The notes: generated by a model from the sequence alone, not told the origin. DNA of 64,000 nucleotides from an uncultured bacterium (GCA_965368975.1 CBDUPA010000001.1:704001-768000), one strand, 5' to 3'. Positions 10,108-19,464 are shown, numbered from the stretch's first letter. Numbers and translations are program-made.

Positions 10108-11187
10108 GTGATGAAGAACTTTCTCGGTGGGTGGTTACACGGAACAACCGGGCGATTGTCGTGGGTGCTGCTGGTGCTGCTCGTCTCGACCGTCGCCCTG
10201 GCCCCGGAGGTCAGAGCCGACTGCTACTCGCGCAACGGATGCGGTGGTAGCGGGCAGTCGGCGTGCACTGTCTTGCAGTGTTTCCCTTCCTGCACGGGCG
10301 ACCTGCAGGAGATCAGGGGTCGGTGCGTCGACTGTTATGGCAGGCACAACTGTGGCAGCGCTGGGCAGGCAGCGTGTCCGCCCACCAAGTGCATCCTGCC
10401 GTGCCGCAACGACGCCAACCTATATCTGGACTTCCGCACGGGTAAGTGCGCCTCTGTGCCACGGGGATCGTCGGCGCTCGGGGCCAGCCTCGGCTCTGTG
10501 GGCGCCCTTCTCGACGATGCGACGCAGAACTGCATTGCGACGGCGAATGTTCTGCTCCCTGCCCTCCCTGTTTCTCGAACGCTCGATCAGCTGGACTCGA
10601 TCAAGTCGACGGCACTGTTTGCGGGCCAGACCGCGGGCAGATGCTCTCAGCAGTTCGACTACGGCTACGTTTGTGGTGCCGGCAGCTATGCCGCGACCTA
10701 TTTCAAGATGATTGCTCGTGACTCCAACCTGGCGAACCAGGTGATTCAGCGTACGAAGGACGCTTGGAACAACGAGTGCTCGAACTTCATCGATCCGGTC
10801 CAGCGCGGCTACTGCGCGGCCATCGTGGCGGCCGGCGGCGAGGCGATCCAGGCGGGGCGGTGCGTCGCCGAAATCGTGGAGGAGCTCTTCGAGCGAGCTG
10901 GCATGAGCAGCCCGCCCTCGCACGACATGCGATTGTTGGACTCGGTGTGCCAGGGGCTCGGTACTTTCACCTATGGCTTCACGGTCGATCAGCTCCTTGG
11001 CATCCTGCTGGCGGAGTTCACCGAAGGTGGCAGTGAGGTGGCAGCGACGATCAAGGACTTCGAGGATCTGGTCAAGTGGCTCAACCGCGTGCGTCAACTG
11101 CACTCCAAGTTCCATGCGGCCGCGAACTTCCTGCAGAAGCAGGAGAACCTGCGGACGATCCCAGCCTGCCAAGGCATCTTCTTTTGA
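10108..11187 (+). CDS. Secreted cysteine-rich hypothetical protein
   Basis: Signal peptide; duplicated DCY..xxCG..GQ.AC...C..(S/P)C module; helical C-terminus. Confidence 0.7.
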   Translation: MMKNFLGGWLHGTTGRLSWVLLVLLVSTVALAPEVRADCYSRNGCGGSGQSACTVLQCFPSCTGDLQEIRGRCVDCYGRHNCGSAGQAACPPTKCILPCRNDANLYLDFRTGKCASVPRGSSALGASLGSVGALLDDATQNCIATANVLLPALPVSRTLDQLDSIKSTALFAGQTAGRCSQQFDYGYVCGAGSYAATYFKMIARDSNLANQVIQRTKDAWNNECSNFIDPVQRGYCAAIVAAGGEAIQAGRCVAEIVEELFERAGMSSPPSHDMRLLDSVCQGLGTFTYGFTVDQLLGILLAEFTEGGSEVAATIKDFEDLVKWLNRVRQLHSKFHAAANFLQKQENLRTIPACQGIFF

Positions 11188-11308
11188 GGCTCCCTCCTGT
11201 GTACATGCGAGCCTAGTTTTCGCGCAAGTCTGGCAATGTCAAAGAGCTAGAATGAAACGTTTGCCGAGAGATGCAGACAAGAACTTAAGACCATGGCGAC
11301 AGGCGAAG

Positions 11309-11341
11309 AGCCCGCCATCCCGAGGCTCGGGATGGCGGGCT
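11309..11341. terminator. Probable bidirectional hairpin terminator
   Basis: AGCCCGCCATCCCGAG / CTCGGGATGGCGGGCT perfect inverted repeat between convergent genes. Confidence 0.75.
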
Positions 11342-11366
11342 TTGGCGAAGAGAATTGGCTTCGAGT

Positions 11367-13430
11367 TCAGCTCTTGTCGCTGCTCGAACCAGGGTGACAC
11401 TGCAGGGTGTAGATCTGCTGACCGATCCCGAGAAGCACCTGGATGGCTTGGATCAGCTCGATGTGCTCCTTGGACGGTGGGTTGGGGGGCAGCGTGTTGA
11501 GGTTCTTGAGAATTTCCTCGAGCTCTCGCAGTGCGACGGCGGCAACCGGCCATGCAGCACAGAACCCCCGGTCGCTGTGTTCACCAGCGGTCAAGGCCGT
11601 GCTGGGAGGTACCGGTTTGACGGGGAAGGACGTGCCGCCCGGGTTCGTCACCGTGGGGGGATTGATGTTGTTCAGTTGGATGATGTACTCGCCCTTGGCT
11701 GGCAGGTCGGCCTCGTACTTGGTATTGATCGCGAAGCCCTCGCCCTTGAGAACGCCACCGAGGCCTCCCACGAATCCGTCTAGAACGGGTTTGAGTTTCG
11801 GTAGCTTCTGCCCGATCAGGGTGAAGATGGACTGCAGAGCCGGGAAGAGTTCGGCAATGACCTGCAGGATGAAGTGAGCCGTCGAGCCGCTCGGGGTTCC
11901 GGTCGAGCTTTGCGTGTCTGTTGGGTACATGGTGGAGTCTCCTGATTCAATGGGTGTGGGAAGAAAGCGGAGGGTTTCCGCGCTGGAACTCTGGGTCTGG
12001 AAATAGCCGTTGCCTGTACCAATGGCGCCGTCCACCATGGCGAGGACGTTGCTGTCCGTAGTGTTGGCCTGGATGGTCTGCAGGTAGCTGCGAACCTTGA
12101 GCCAGAAAGCCACCGCATCCGCGGAGGGAGCCGTGGTGACCGTGCCTGGATGCGGCGTGGCCCGGAAGTCGAGGTTCTTGCCCTTGTTGCTGGAGAGCAG
12201 AGCATTGCCGGCACCCAGGAGGCCGTCGATGGTGACGATGACGTCGTGCTGGTTGGAGTTCACCTTCAGCAGGTTGAGCAGGTTGTTGGCAATGGCCCAG
12301 AAGTGGTCGTAGCCAGTGGTGTAAGCGGCGATGTCGATGTCGCCGTTCTTCGGCGCTTTGCCCAGGGCCTTGGCCAGGGTCGCCAGTTGCTGGTTGAAGC
12401 TGGCATCGAGGTACTGATCGAGGGTCGAGATCACCGTGGCGTTCTGGCCGGTGAGGGTCTTGGCCTGCGTGAGCAGACTCTCCAGGGATTGGGTCAGGTT
12501 TTGCGTCTGTTGCTTGACGAAGGTCTCGGCGTCTTGGACGGCGGTCTGGATGCCCGAGATGTCGAGCAGCTTTTCGAACAGGTGCTTGATTTCATCGCGG
12601 AAGGACCGTGGGATCACGGCGTCGAGGATCGGCTTGACCACCTTCTTGAACACGCAGGCGATAGCCTTGAAGGCCCACTCGACCGGCTTCAAGGCATCAT
12701 GGATGGCGTGAAGAATGGGCTTTAGGAAAGAGATCTTCTTGAACGCGTCATCCACCTTGCCGGCGATGTCGACGACGTCACTGAAGTGCGAGGTGAAGTC
12801 GTGGAAGCCGGTCTGGGCGGACTGGATATCGCTCTTGACGGTGCCGATCGCCGAGGTCACCGGTGAGACCACTTTCTGTAGGTCGGTGGCCATGCCGGTG
12901 TAGACGCCGATGACTTTGTCGAGTTCCTGGCTGAAGTCGCCCTCGACCAGCAGAGCGACACCTTGGGCGAGTTGTACGGAATCGTCGATGATCATCAACT
13001 GCCGGACCCAGGTGCCCATCTGGGCCTCGAGTTCGGTGACCACCTTGTTGACGTCGTTGACCGGGGTTTGGAACTCCGAGGCCGTCTTGCGGATCGGTGA
13101 CAGTGCGTCGTCCAGGTCACCGAGGGCGTCCACCGCATCACCGATGCCGCTCTGCAGTGCTTTGATCGGTTCGACCATGATGTCCAGGAACTCCAGGAAC
13201 TCGATGTCGCTCAGCACCTCGACGAGATCCTTGATATCGCCGAGCAAGGAGTCCAGGTCCGACAGATCCGTCTTGGCCTTTACGGGGACGCCGAGCGCGG
13301 TCTCGAGGTTCTGCAGATCGGTGTTCAGGTCTTGTGTCAGTGGCGCGACGGCTTGGGCTCCCTTCTGTAGGGTGTTGAGGTCGCCGACCAAGTCGAGGAT
13401 CGGTTGTAGGGGATCTTGGTAGCTGGCCAT
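11367..13430 (-). CDS. All-alpha helical hypothetical protein B (687 aa), paralog of the upstream gene
   Basis: AAGGAG(CC)TGAC-ATG at 13430, 1 nt after the upstream stop; heptad-rich; C-terminal amphipathic hairpin repeats. Confidence 0.75.
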   Translation of the reverse strand: MASYQDPLQPILDLVGDLNTLQKGAQAVAPLTQDLNTDLQNLETALGVPVKAKTDLSDLDSLLGDIKDLVEVLSDIEFLEFLDIMVEPIKALQSGIGDAVDALGDLDDALSPIRKTASEFQTPVNDVNKVVTELEAQMGTWVRQLMIIDDSVQLAQGVALLVEGDFSQELDKVIGVYTGMATDLQKVVSPVTSAIGTVKSDIQSAQTGFHDFTSHFSDVVDIAGKVDDAFKKISFLKPILHAIHDALKPVEWAFKAIACVFKKVVKPILDAVIPRSFRDEIKHLFEKLLDISGIQTAVQDAETFVKQQTQNLTQSLESLLTQAKTLTGQNATVISTLDQYLDASFNQQLATLAKALGKAPKNGDIDIAAYTTGYDHFWAIANNLLNLLKVNSNQHDVIVTIDGLLGAGNALLSSNKGKNLDFRATPHPGTVTTAPSADAVAFWLKVRSYLQTIQANTTDSNVLAMVDGAIGTGNGYFQTQSSSAETLRFLPTPIESGDSTMYPTDTQSSTGTPSGSTAHFILQVIAELFPALQSIFTLIGQKLPKLKPVLDGFVGGLGGVLKGEGFAINTKYEADLPAKGEYIIQLNNINPPTVTNPGGTSFPVKPVPPSTALTAGEHSDRGFCAAWPVAAVALRELEEILKNLNTLPPNPPSKEHIELIQAIQVLLGIGQQIYTLQCHPGSSSDKS

Positions 13431-13431
13431 G

Positions 13432-15162
13432 TCAGGCTCCTTCGCTCGTGTAAGGGTCGGTGTAGGCGCCGCTGTCGCGGGCCGCCGTAACCGCCGCTGC
13501 CAGTTCGGCGAGCGAGTCGGCATCGGCCCAGGTACCCATGCCGGCGGCGGCCAGGCTGCCCGCGAAGGTCTGTGCACCGATCAGCGCCGACCAGCGGTCG
13601 CGGCCGGCTTCGAGCCAGGCGTTGCCGCCGCAGGCGAGCACTTCGACGGCGTGCCGCAGGGAACTGGCCGTCCAGTCCCGCACCGGTCCCGGTTCGCCGC
13701 GTAGCAGCCGTTCGATCGCTGGCCGTGCCTGGCTGCCGCCCACCGCATTGGCCAGTTTCTCCAGGGTCGACTGCGCGCTCTTGGACAGCTGGATGCTCTG
13801 GGTCACCGAGGTCGCGCCGGAGAGCAGGGCGGAGGTGGCGGCGGAGAAGTCCTTGATTCCGGCTTGCAGGTCATTGGTGTCCTGCTGCAGTGCGGTCAGC
13901 GTGCCATCGACGTTGTCGAGCAGCTTGCCGATCGGCAGCAGCGCCGCGATCGCCTGGTCGATGTCGGCCTTGGTGGAGGGATTGGCCGGGTTCAACTGCT
14001 GGTGACTCCCTACCAGCAAGTTCAACTCGCCGAGCAAGCCTTGCAGCGGCTTGACCAGCTGGCCGACCAGGTCGAAGCGGGACTTGGCGCCGTCGACCGC
14101 CTGCAGGAGGCTGTCGGCCTGGGTCAACAGATCGCGGGTCTGACCGAGCGAACTGTTCTTGGCGCCCAGAGAGTGCAGCACCTGCGTGACGGCTGGTAGC
14201 GCCTTCTCGGCGTTGCCGACCGCAGTCGTCATCGTGGCCAGGACCGGCTCGATGTCAGCCAGCAACTTGGTGTACACCAGAGCCGCCTGCTGGATCTGGG
14301 TCGTTAGCTTGCCGCCTTCTTGTTGATTGGCCTTCTCGGCCAGCTTGAAGTAGCCGGGCACGGCGCTGTAGGTGGGTTGCCAGGACTTTGTGTTCTGCTG
14401 CGCCACCGACTGCAGTTGCGTGGAGAGCTGCTGGGTCGGGTTGTTGAGCTGGCCCAACAAGGTATTGACCACGGTCACCTCGTGGTCGAGGTCGGAGGCC
14501 TGCGTCTGCAGCGATGTGATCTGTGCCTGGATGCTCTGCAGTTTGCTGGCGACGTCGACGAAGTCGAAGACCTCTTCCAGGATCTCGACCTTGGCCAGTA
14601 ACTGCACGACCTCGATCACGTCGCCCAAAATGTCCGAGAAGCCGGTGAGGTCTTGTTGCAGCGACGCTCCGGTCGCCGGAGCCAGCTGTTGGACCTTCGC
14701 CGCCTGGGTCTCGAGCTGTGCCGTCTTGGGCTGCAGGTCGTCGACCGCCGTCGCCAGCCCCTGAAGGGCCGTTTCCAGCTTGCCGAAGTCGGGCAAAGCA
14801 ATGGAGGCACTGATGTTGGCGTGCACCGCCCCGTCTCCGGGGCCGAAGGAGAAGCTAACGGTCGTCTTGGTCTTCTTGAATGTGAGGGTGTAATTGCGGG
14901 CAATGGCGAAGGCGAGCAAGGCAGCCAGGGGCAGCAGGTGGCGCAGGTCGAGCGCCTTCTCCAGCAAGGCCAGGGTCAGATCGCTACCATCGCCGTCCGC
15001 GGCGACGACTTCCTCGGCTCGAGAGTCGTCGAGCACCTGGTTCCAGGCGTCGATCTGATCCTGGGGTAGGACATCGAGTGCGAACGGCGAGTTGTCCTCG
15101 AGGTTGGAGAAGAGTTCTTGGGCCTGTTCGATTCCAGACCAAGAGATGATGAGGTTGGGCAT
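13432..15162 (-). CDS. All-alpha helical/coiled-coil hypothetical protein A (576 aa)
   Basis: AGGAGG before ATG 15162; long Q/L/A-rich heptad helices. Confidence 0.75.
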   Translation of the reverse strand: MPNLIISWSGIEQAQELFSNLEDNSPFALDVLPQDQIDAWNQVLDDSRAEEVVAADGDGSDLTLALLEKALDLRHLLPLAALLAFAIARNYTLTFKKTKTTVSFSFGPGDGAVHANISASIALPDFGKLETALQGLATAVDDLQPKTAQLETQAAKVQQLAPATGASLQQDLTGFSDILGDVIEVVQLLAKVEILEEVFDFVDVASKLQSIQAQITSLQTQASDLDHEVTVVNTLLGQLNNPTQQLSTQLQSVAQQNTKSWQPTYSAVPGYFKLAEKANQQEGGKLTTQIQQAALVYTKLLADIEPVLATMTTAVGNAEKALPAVTQVLHSLGAKNSSLGQTRDLLTQADSLLQAVDGAKSRFDLVGQLVKPLQGLLGELNLLVGSHQQLNPANPSTKADIDQAIAALLPIGKLLDNVDGTLTALQQDTNDLQAGIKDFSAATSALLSGATSVTQSIQLSKSAQSTLEKLANAVGGSQARPAIERLLRGEPGPVRDWTASSLRHAVEVLACGGNAWLEAGRDRWSALIGAQTFAGSLAAAGMGTWADADSLAELAAAVTAARDSGAYTDPYTSEGA

Positions 15163-15378
15163 GGTTTGCCTCCTGTTCTCGACTCCGCTGGCGGGGTTGC
15201 CGCGGAGCACGGTCGGCGTTACCTAAGTGAACAGAAAGCGTGGCCAGAAGGGGCCATGGATGCTCGCCTTGGTGGGAAGAAAGCTCGTCCTGGTGTTAGC
15301 CTGAGTTCCTCCGGCGCGCGAGAGCTTGCGAAGTTTCTGGCGCGCCATTCACTTCTCTCAGCACTAGGAGTTCTCTCG

Positions 15379-15684
15379 ATGCCGACCACCATGCGTGCCG
15401 CCCAAGTCGCCGAAGTCGGTGCCGACTTTGAACTCATCGACCGTCCGATCCCCGAACCCGCAGCGGGCCAGGTGCGGGTGAAGGTCGAAGCGCATGGCAT
15501 CTGCAACAGCGACGCCTTTGTACAGTTCGCCGCCTTCCCGGGCCTCGAACTGCCGCTGAAGTTCAGTGCTCTCCCTTGTACCAAGCCGGTGGCCGAGACC
15601 TATCCGTTGTCCAAGGTCAACGAGGCGTTCGAGCGCATGATCACCAATCAAGCGCGTTTCCGGGTCGTCTTGACGATGGACTGA
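15379..15684 (+). pseudogene. Internally deleted zinc-dependent alcohol dehydrogenase remnant
   Basis: ADH N-terminus (MRAAQV...PEP..GQVRVKV..GICNSD) fused in frame to the ADH C-terminus (ETYPL..VNEAFERM....ARFRVVL); only 101 aa. Confidence 0.75.
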
Positions 15685-15707
15685 GTCGCGCCAGCGGCGC
15701 GCCCTGT

Positions 15708-16262
15708 TCAGGAAGGGTTCGACAGCCGTGCATACAGCCAGCGCATCGCGACGCGGCGATCGCGCTGCACGCTGGCTTCGTTGCTGCCGAGGGCTTCGGC
15801 CGCTTCGCTCAGGGTGAGGCGGCCGAAGTAGAGAAGTTCCAGCAGCTTGGCCTGACGCGGCTGGATGTCTTGCAGGCTCTCGAGCGCGTGGTGAACGGCC
15901 AGAATCTTGGCGGCCAGTGGCACGCGGTCGAGCGTTCCCGGGCTGACGGCCGCCGGGATGGGCAGATGGCGATCGCGACGGGCGGCCTGCACCAGGGTGT
16001 GACGCAGCGACTGCGTGGCGACCTCGAAGAAGCGACCGCGGTCTTCGGTTTCGAGTGGCGCGCCGCGCAGCCCTGGGGAGCTACTGTGAGCCAGGAACAC
16101 AGCAGTGCTGGGGTGGCGCGGATCTCGGTTTCTGGTGAGCAGTTCGGAGGCGATGAACTGCAATTCTTCTTCGGCATCGCTCAGGGCCTTATCGAGCAGC
16201 CGGGAATCGACCCGGCGCCAGCGGCTGAGTAGGTCGGTCACCAGTTCGAAGGAGGCACTCAC
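15708..16262 (-). CDS. Divergent ECF sigma factor (TIGR02999-like)
   Basis: VTDLL.RW start, RGRFF...LRHTLV.AARR, and region 4 PRQAKLLELLYFG.LT..EAAEALG...V.RD...A.RWL; overlaps the kinase stop by 4 nt. Confidence 0.7.
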   Translation of the reverse strand: MSASFELVTDLLSRWRRVDSRLLDKALSDAEEELQFIASELLTRNRDPRHPSTAVFLAHSSSPGLRGAPLETEDRGRFFEVATQSLRHTLVQAARRDRHLPIPAAVSPGTLDRVPLAAKILAVHHALESLQDIQPRQAKLLELLYFGRLTLSEAAEALGSNEASVQRDRRVAMRWLYARLSNPS

Positions 16263-19200
16263 GAGTCTTGCTCTTCATGGTCCGGGCCAGCGAGGGGCTG
16301 GGCGAGCGGTTGCAGATGCAGTGCTTGGTGCAGCCGCGAGCGCTGGACGCTGGCCGTCGATGCTTCGAGGGTCGAGATCCAGGCAGCGACGTCCTCGGGA
16401 CTGGCGGGCGTCACTGCCAGGGCCGCGAGCAGGGCGTCACGCATCTCTTCGGCGTCGACGTAGCGGTCCTCGGGACTCGGCTGGAAAGCTCGCTCGAAGA
16501 CCGGTGCCAACCGCTGCTGCAGGTCGGGATGACGCGGCAGGTGGAGTTCTGGCGGGCCTGCGGCGAGGTGCGCCTCGGTGGCACCCCTGGGGAAGGCGCG
16601 GCGCAGGGTGAGGGTCTCGTAGAGGACGGCGGCCGCAGAGAAGAGGTCGCTCTGTTGCACGGCAGGTTGACGCGCTGCCTGTTCCGGCGCCATGTAGGCG
16701 GGAGTGCCGCGGATCTTGTCGCCCTGGGTCTGGTACAGGCGGAACTCCGCCTTGGCGATGCCGAAGTCCGCCAGCTTGAGGTCGCCCTGCCGGCTGGTGA
16801 GGATGTTCGCCGGCTTGACGTCGCGGTGGATCAGGCCCAGGGGGCGTCCCTGGCGGTCGGTGCCGCGATGAGCGTAGGCCAGGGCGCCGAGCAGCGCCGA
16901 GGCGATGGCGGCGACCACTGGAAGCGGCACGTCCCGAGGCATGCGCCCGGTGGGGGAGAGCACCGGCGAGCGGCGGCGGCGCGCGCCCGAACGGTGCAGC
17001 AGGCTGGCTAGTGTCGGTCCGTCCATGTACTCCATGGCCAGGAAGTAGTTGTCGTCGTGGTCCTCGATGTCGTAGATCTGCACGATGTTCGGGTGGCGCA
17101 GCTGGGCGGCGATGCGCGCTTCGTCGAGGAACATGTCGATGCAGTCGGCTTCCTGCGCCAGGTGTGGCAGCAGACGCTTGATCGCCACCTCGCGTTCGAA
17201 GCCGCCGGGCCCCAGCTTCTCGGCCAGCAGGACCTCCGCCATGCCGCCGGTGCCGAGGCGATGGCGCAGGCGGTACGGGCCCATGCGCTCGTGCTGCCAG
17301 GTGCGTTCGAAGGCGATGGCCAGCTGCGATGCGACGGCCTCCAGGAACACGCGGTTCTCCGCGGTGAGCGGCGCGCCACTCTGCTTGCGACCCACCCCGA
17401 CAAAGCCCTCCAGCCGGCTAGCGGTGCGGATCGGCACCGCCAGGACCAAGCCGAGATGCCAGAGTTCTTCCTGGGCTTCCACGTCGAAAACGACATCCGT
17501 GAAGCCTGCGATGCCGCCGCTGTCCTGCTCCAGGGCCATGGACAGGACGCCGTCGCCGTCGACCCTGTTCGCTTCTTCGCGCGCGGGCTCCGGCGACGAA
17601 CTGTCGACGGTTTCGGGAACATCGCTGAGCGCGCGCACGAAGGCCTTCTGATCTGCGCTGCGCGTCCAGACTTCGGCACGCTCCAGCTTCAGGCGCTGCA
17701 CGGTCTCGACGGCGTCGGCGAAGACTTGCTTCTGGTTCGCCTTGCGCACCGAGCTGGCCAGATTGCGCAGGAGTTGTACCTCGCGTGCCTGTTCCATTGG
17801 TTGGCGCTCGAACCAGCGGTCGATCAGGCTGCGCACGCGGCGGTAGAGTGGGTGAAAGACGAGGAAAAAGAGGCCTGTGACCATCGCCGCCGCCACCGGC
17901 GAGGCCAACCAGCCAGCGCTGCTCAGCCAGGCGGGTACGCCGACCACCAGCAAGACGAAGAGGGTGCCTAACAGCAAGGTTGTCATGCTGTAGCCGACGA
18001 CCGCGGCGGTGAAGCGGTCGACTTCGAAGGCGTTGTGGCGCACGATCGAGTAGGCGGTGATGACGGCGAAGACGATCACCGGGAACGAGCTGAGCGCCCA
18101 GTGGAACGTAGCGTCGACGATCTGGGTCGCGTTCAAGGCCGATGGGAGGACCAGGCCCAGGATCATCGCCACCAACAGGGCCCGGCTGCGCGCGATGGCA
18201 CTGGGTTTCGCGCGTTGGCGCGCGCGACGCAGCTGCAGCACGGCGAGGGCGAGTGAGCCGATCGCGGTCAGAGCGGCGTAGATGTTGCCGGCCTGGATCG
18301 TCGAGCCGAGAGCGCCGCGCAGGGCCGGCAGCAGGTAGCTGCCGACTTCGAGCATGATCGCGGTCAGCGAAGGCAAGTAGAAGGCCGTGATCCAAGGGCG
18401 CGCGAGTAGCCGCTGGGGATAGCAAGCGAAGAGGTGCAGGCCGGTGGCCGCGGCCAGGTAGATGCCGATACTCTCGACGATCAGCCCTTCGGTCGGTCGT
18501 GCCAGCAGGGCCAGGTAGCCGAGCAGGTGGAGTCCGAGACTGCTACAGAAGGCGAGAAAGTAGCCGGCGGCGCGGTGATCCGGGCGCAGCGCGAAGGAGG
18601 CGATGCCGATCAGCAGCAGCAAGGTGCCGGTGCCCACACGCGTCCACAGCACGATCCTTTGTGGGGTCGAGAAGGCTCGCACGGTGGCGGTCACGGCACG
18701 CTCTTCGTCGCCACGGCGGATGCGCAGGGTGAGGGGGCCGGGTTCGATGGCCAGTAGGGCCGAGCGGATGCGCGCGGGATCGCCGTCGACCTCAGTCCCC
18801 TGGACTTCACGGATCAGGTCGCCGACGTGAAGTTGCGGCCAGAGCTCGTAGGCCGCGACGATGCGGCCGCTCACCGAGCCGAAGGTGAACTGCGGATCGA
18901 CCCCGCGCAGCAGCGTCGCAGCACCGACAGCCGCCGCCGTTACCAGGGCCAGGGCGAGCAGGACGAGAAGGCCGAAGGCCCAGGCTCCCGGCTGTTGACG
19001 CAGCCGTCGTAGCGGCGAGGTCGTCGGGATCGGCGTTCCTGTGCGGGCAGTGCTGCCGCCAGTGCTGACGGAGGTGGCCAGCGGCGCCGTGGTGCGAACT
19101 GCCTGCGGATGCGATGCGAGAGGAGTGACCGGCAGGCTGCTGTCGCTCTCCCTTGGGATGCCGTTGCCGTTGGCGTAGGAGGGGGGCTCGTCGGCGAGTG

Positions 19201-19375
19201 CGTCGAAGAAACTGTCGAGTTCCGCGTCGCCGGGGCGCGCGGCAGCTTCGAGAGCCTGTCGCAGGGCCGTGTCGCTACCGCAGGTCTCGGTCAACCACGC
19301 GCTGCGCGCCTCTGCGGGCAGCGCGAGAACTTGCCCCATCAGCCTGTGGAAGCGCTTCTCGGATGCGAGATCCAT
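16259..19375 (-). CDS. Multi-TM Ser/Thr protein kinase (PDZ-like, multi-TM, GAF-like, C-terminal kinase)
   Basis: LGTGGMAEV, VAIK, HRDVKPANIL, DFGIAK, GTPAYMAPE; several TM helices; LHVGDLIREVQG PDZ-like segment; GAF-like LAVPI...LEGFVGVG.K.SG. Confidence 0.88.
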   Translation of the reverse strand: MDLASEKRFHRLMGQVLALPAEARSAWLTETCGSDTALRQALEAAARPGDAELDSFFDALADEPPSYANGNGIPRESDSSLPVTPLASHPQAVRTTAPLATSVSTGGSTARTGTPIPTTSPLRRLRQQPGAWAFGLLVLLALALVTAAAVGAATLLRGVDPQFTFGSVSGRIVAAYELWPQLHVGDLIREVQGTEVDGDPARIRSALLAIEPGPLTLRIRRGDEERAVTATVRAFSTPQRIVLWTRVGTGTLLLLIGIASFALRPDHRAAGYFLAFCSSLGLHLLGYLALLARPTEGLIVESIGIYLAAATGLHLFACYPQRLLARPWITAFYLPSLTAIMLEVGSYLLPALRGALGSTIQAGNIYAALTAIGSLALAVLQLRRARQRAKPSAIARSRALLVAMILGLVLPSALNATQIVDATFHWALSSFPVIVFAVITAYSIVRHNAFEVDRFTAAVVGYSMTTLLLGTLFVLLVVGVPAWLSSAGWLASPVAAAMVTGLFFLVFHPLYRRVRSLIDRWFERQPMEQAREVQLLRNLASSVRKANQKQVFADAVETVQRLKLERAEVWTRSADQKAFVRALSDVPETVDSSSPEPAREEANRVDGDGVLSMALEQDSGGIAGFTDVVFDVEAQEELWHLGLVLAVPIRTASRLEGFVGVGRKQSGAPLTAENRVFLEAVASQLAIAFERTWQHERMGPYRLRHRLGTGGMAEVLLAEKLGPGGFEREVAIKRLLPHLAQEADCIDMFLDEARIAAQLRHPNIVQIYDIEDHDDNYFLAMEYMDGPTLASLLHRSGARRRRSPVLSPTGRMPRDVPLPVVAAIASALLGALAYAHRGTDRQGRPLGLIHRDVKPANILTSRQGDLKLADFGIAKAEFRLYQTQGDKIRGTPAYMAPEQAARQPAVQQSDLFSAAAVLYETLTLRRAFPRGATEAHLAAGPPELHLPRHPDLQQRLAPVFERAFQPSPEDRYVDAEEMRDALLAALAVTPASPEDVAAWISTLEASTASVQRSRLHQALHLQPLAQPLAGPDHEEQDS

Positions 19376-19464
19376 GCGGCGTCACCCCTCTCTATCGCAG
19401 CCGCGTCTCGGAAGGCAGGGGCTCCGGCGGCTCCGCGGATGGGGTCGCCGGAGGTGCTGCGGGC

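Noticed and set aside
13431-13577. Overlap of the 736-aa ORF with the upstream helical gene
   Set aside because: The SD-supported start is ATG 13430; the extension is an off-frame artefact.
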